Positions 63,530 to 64,000 of a stretch of DNA of 64,000 nt are shown in pieces. The stretch is from positions 54,622,001-54,686,000 of the forward strand of contig OX597829.1 in the NCBI GenBank assembly GCA_951406725.2. The letters are read 5' to 3'. Within the stretch, counting starts at the first letter, position 1. The number at the start of each line of letters is the position of its first letter. Below the pieces are notes generated by a model. That model was not told where the DNA came from. It did not search any database and saw only the letters and a list, made by a program, of their open reading frames with translations. The translations under genes and the position numbers were made by a program. This DNA comes from Octopus vulgaris. Its lineage: Eukaryota.

Positions 63530-64000
63530 ATCATAGGAAAAGCATACAGAAGAAAAAGAAATAATGGGAAGATTTCTATCTTCCCATTATTTCTCAGAGT
63601 ACTACTGAGAACTATACAATTAGTAAAGCTGTAGAGATCCAAAAATGTTCAGGAATCTTCAAATGACACCAACAACCCAGTTGTGTGAGGTGACATTAAA
63701 GCTGCAGTAAAGTTCCTGAAAGATGGGGAAAAATCAGAAAGAATTGTCAACATCTCTCCTGAACTACTGAAGAATGAAAGAGAAGCTTCATGGCAATATG
63801 CAATGAATTGTGGCAGACTTGTTAATGACCATCACTCTTGACTCAGTTATTAATCATAGGAATTCTCAAGAAAGAGAATCTACAACTACACCAGAATTAT
63901 CACAGCAACAGGTAACAACAAGCACGTGAGAGTCATCCTGTAGAGATTGAAACTATAGACAGAACACACCTGAACCAAGAAATAGACAGGCTTCTGTAAA
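63530..64000 (+). mobile_element. RTE/BovB-like LINE RT N-terminal remnant
   Basis: IKAAVKFLKDG..NISPELLK..ICNELWQT..KKENLQLHQNY. Confidence 0.7.

Overview
AT-rich, repeat-saturated eukaryotic non-coding DNA, most likely intronic/intergenic sequence from an octopus. That assignment is an inference from the tRNA-SINE, RTE and Penelope repeat landscape and the (TATG)n/(TA)n/(CA)n load. No intact protein-coding gene is recognisable, and most ORFs in the supplied track are microsatellite translations. Recognisable content: many tRNA-derived SINEs, RTE-type LINE 3' ends (one family has a structured 62-67 bp VNTR in its 3' UTR and a PHD-like zinc finger inside its RT), two R4/Dong-like REL retrotransposon remnants embedded in (TACA)n arrays, and two Penelope-like RT remnants. 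DNA transposon remnants include DD37D (maT), DD34D mariner, hAT/Buster and piggyBac-type MITEs. There is also a ~1 kb two-LTR Gypsy deletion derivative. The most striking unexplained pattern is about 15 minimal hammerhead-ribozyme-like motifs (CUGANGA - stem II - GAAA - palindromic stem III - UH). They belong to several otherwise unrelated small elements and often occur as outward-facing inverted pairs or inside inverted-repeat-bounded elements. A CpG-retaining segment at ~48-52.5 kb suggests a promoter, and a few candidate small exons suggest hidden host gene(s). All coordinates were read by eye and boundaries are approximate.
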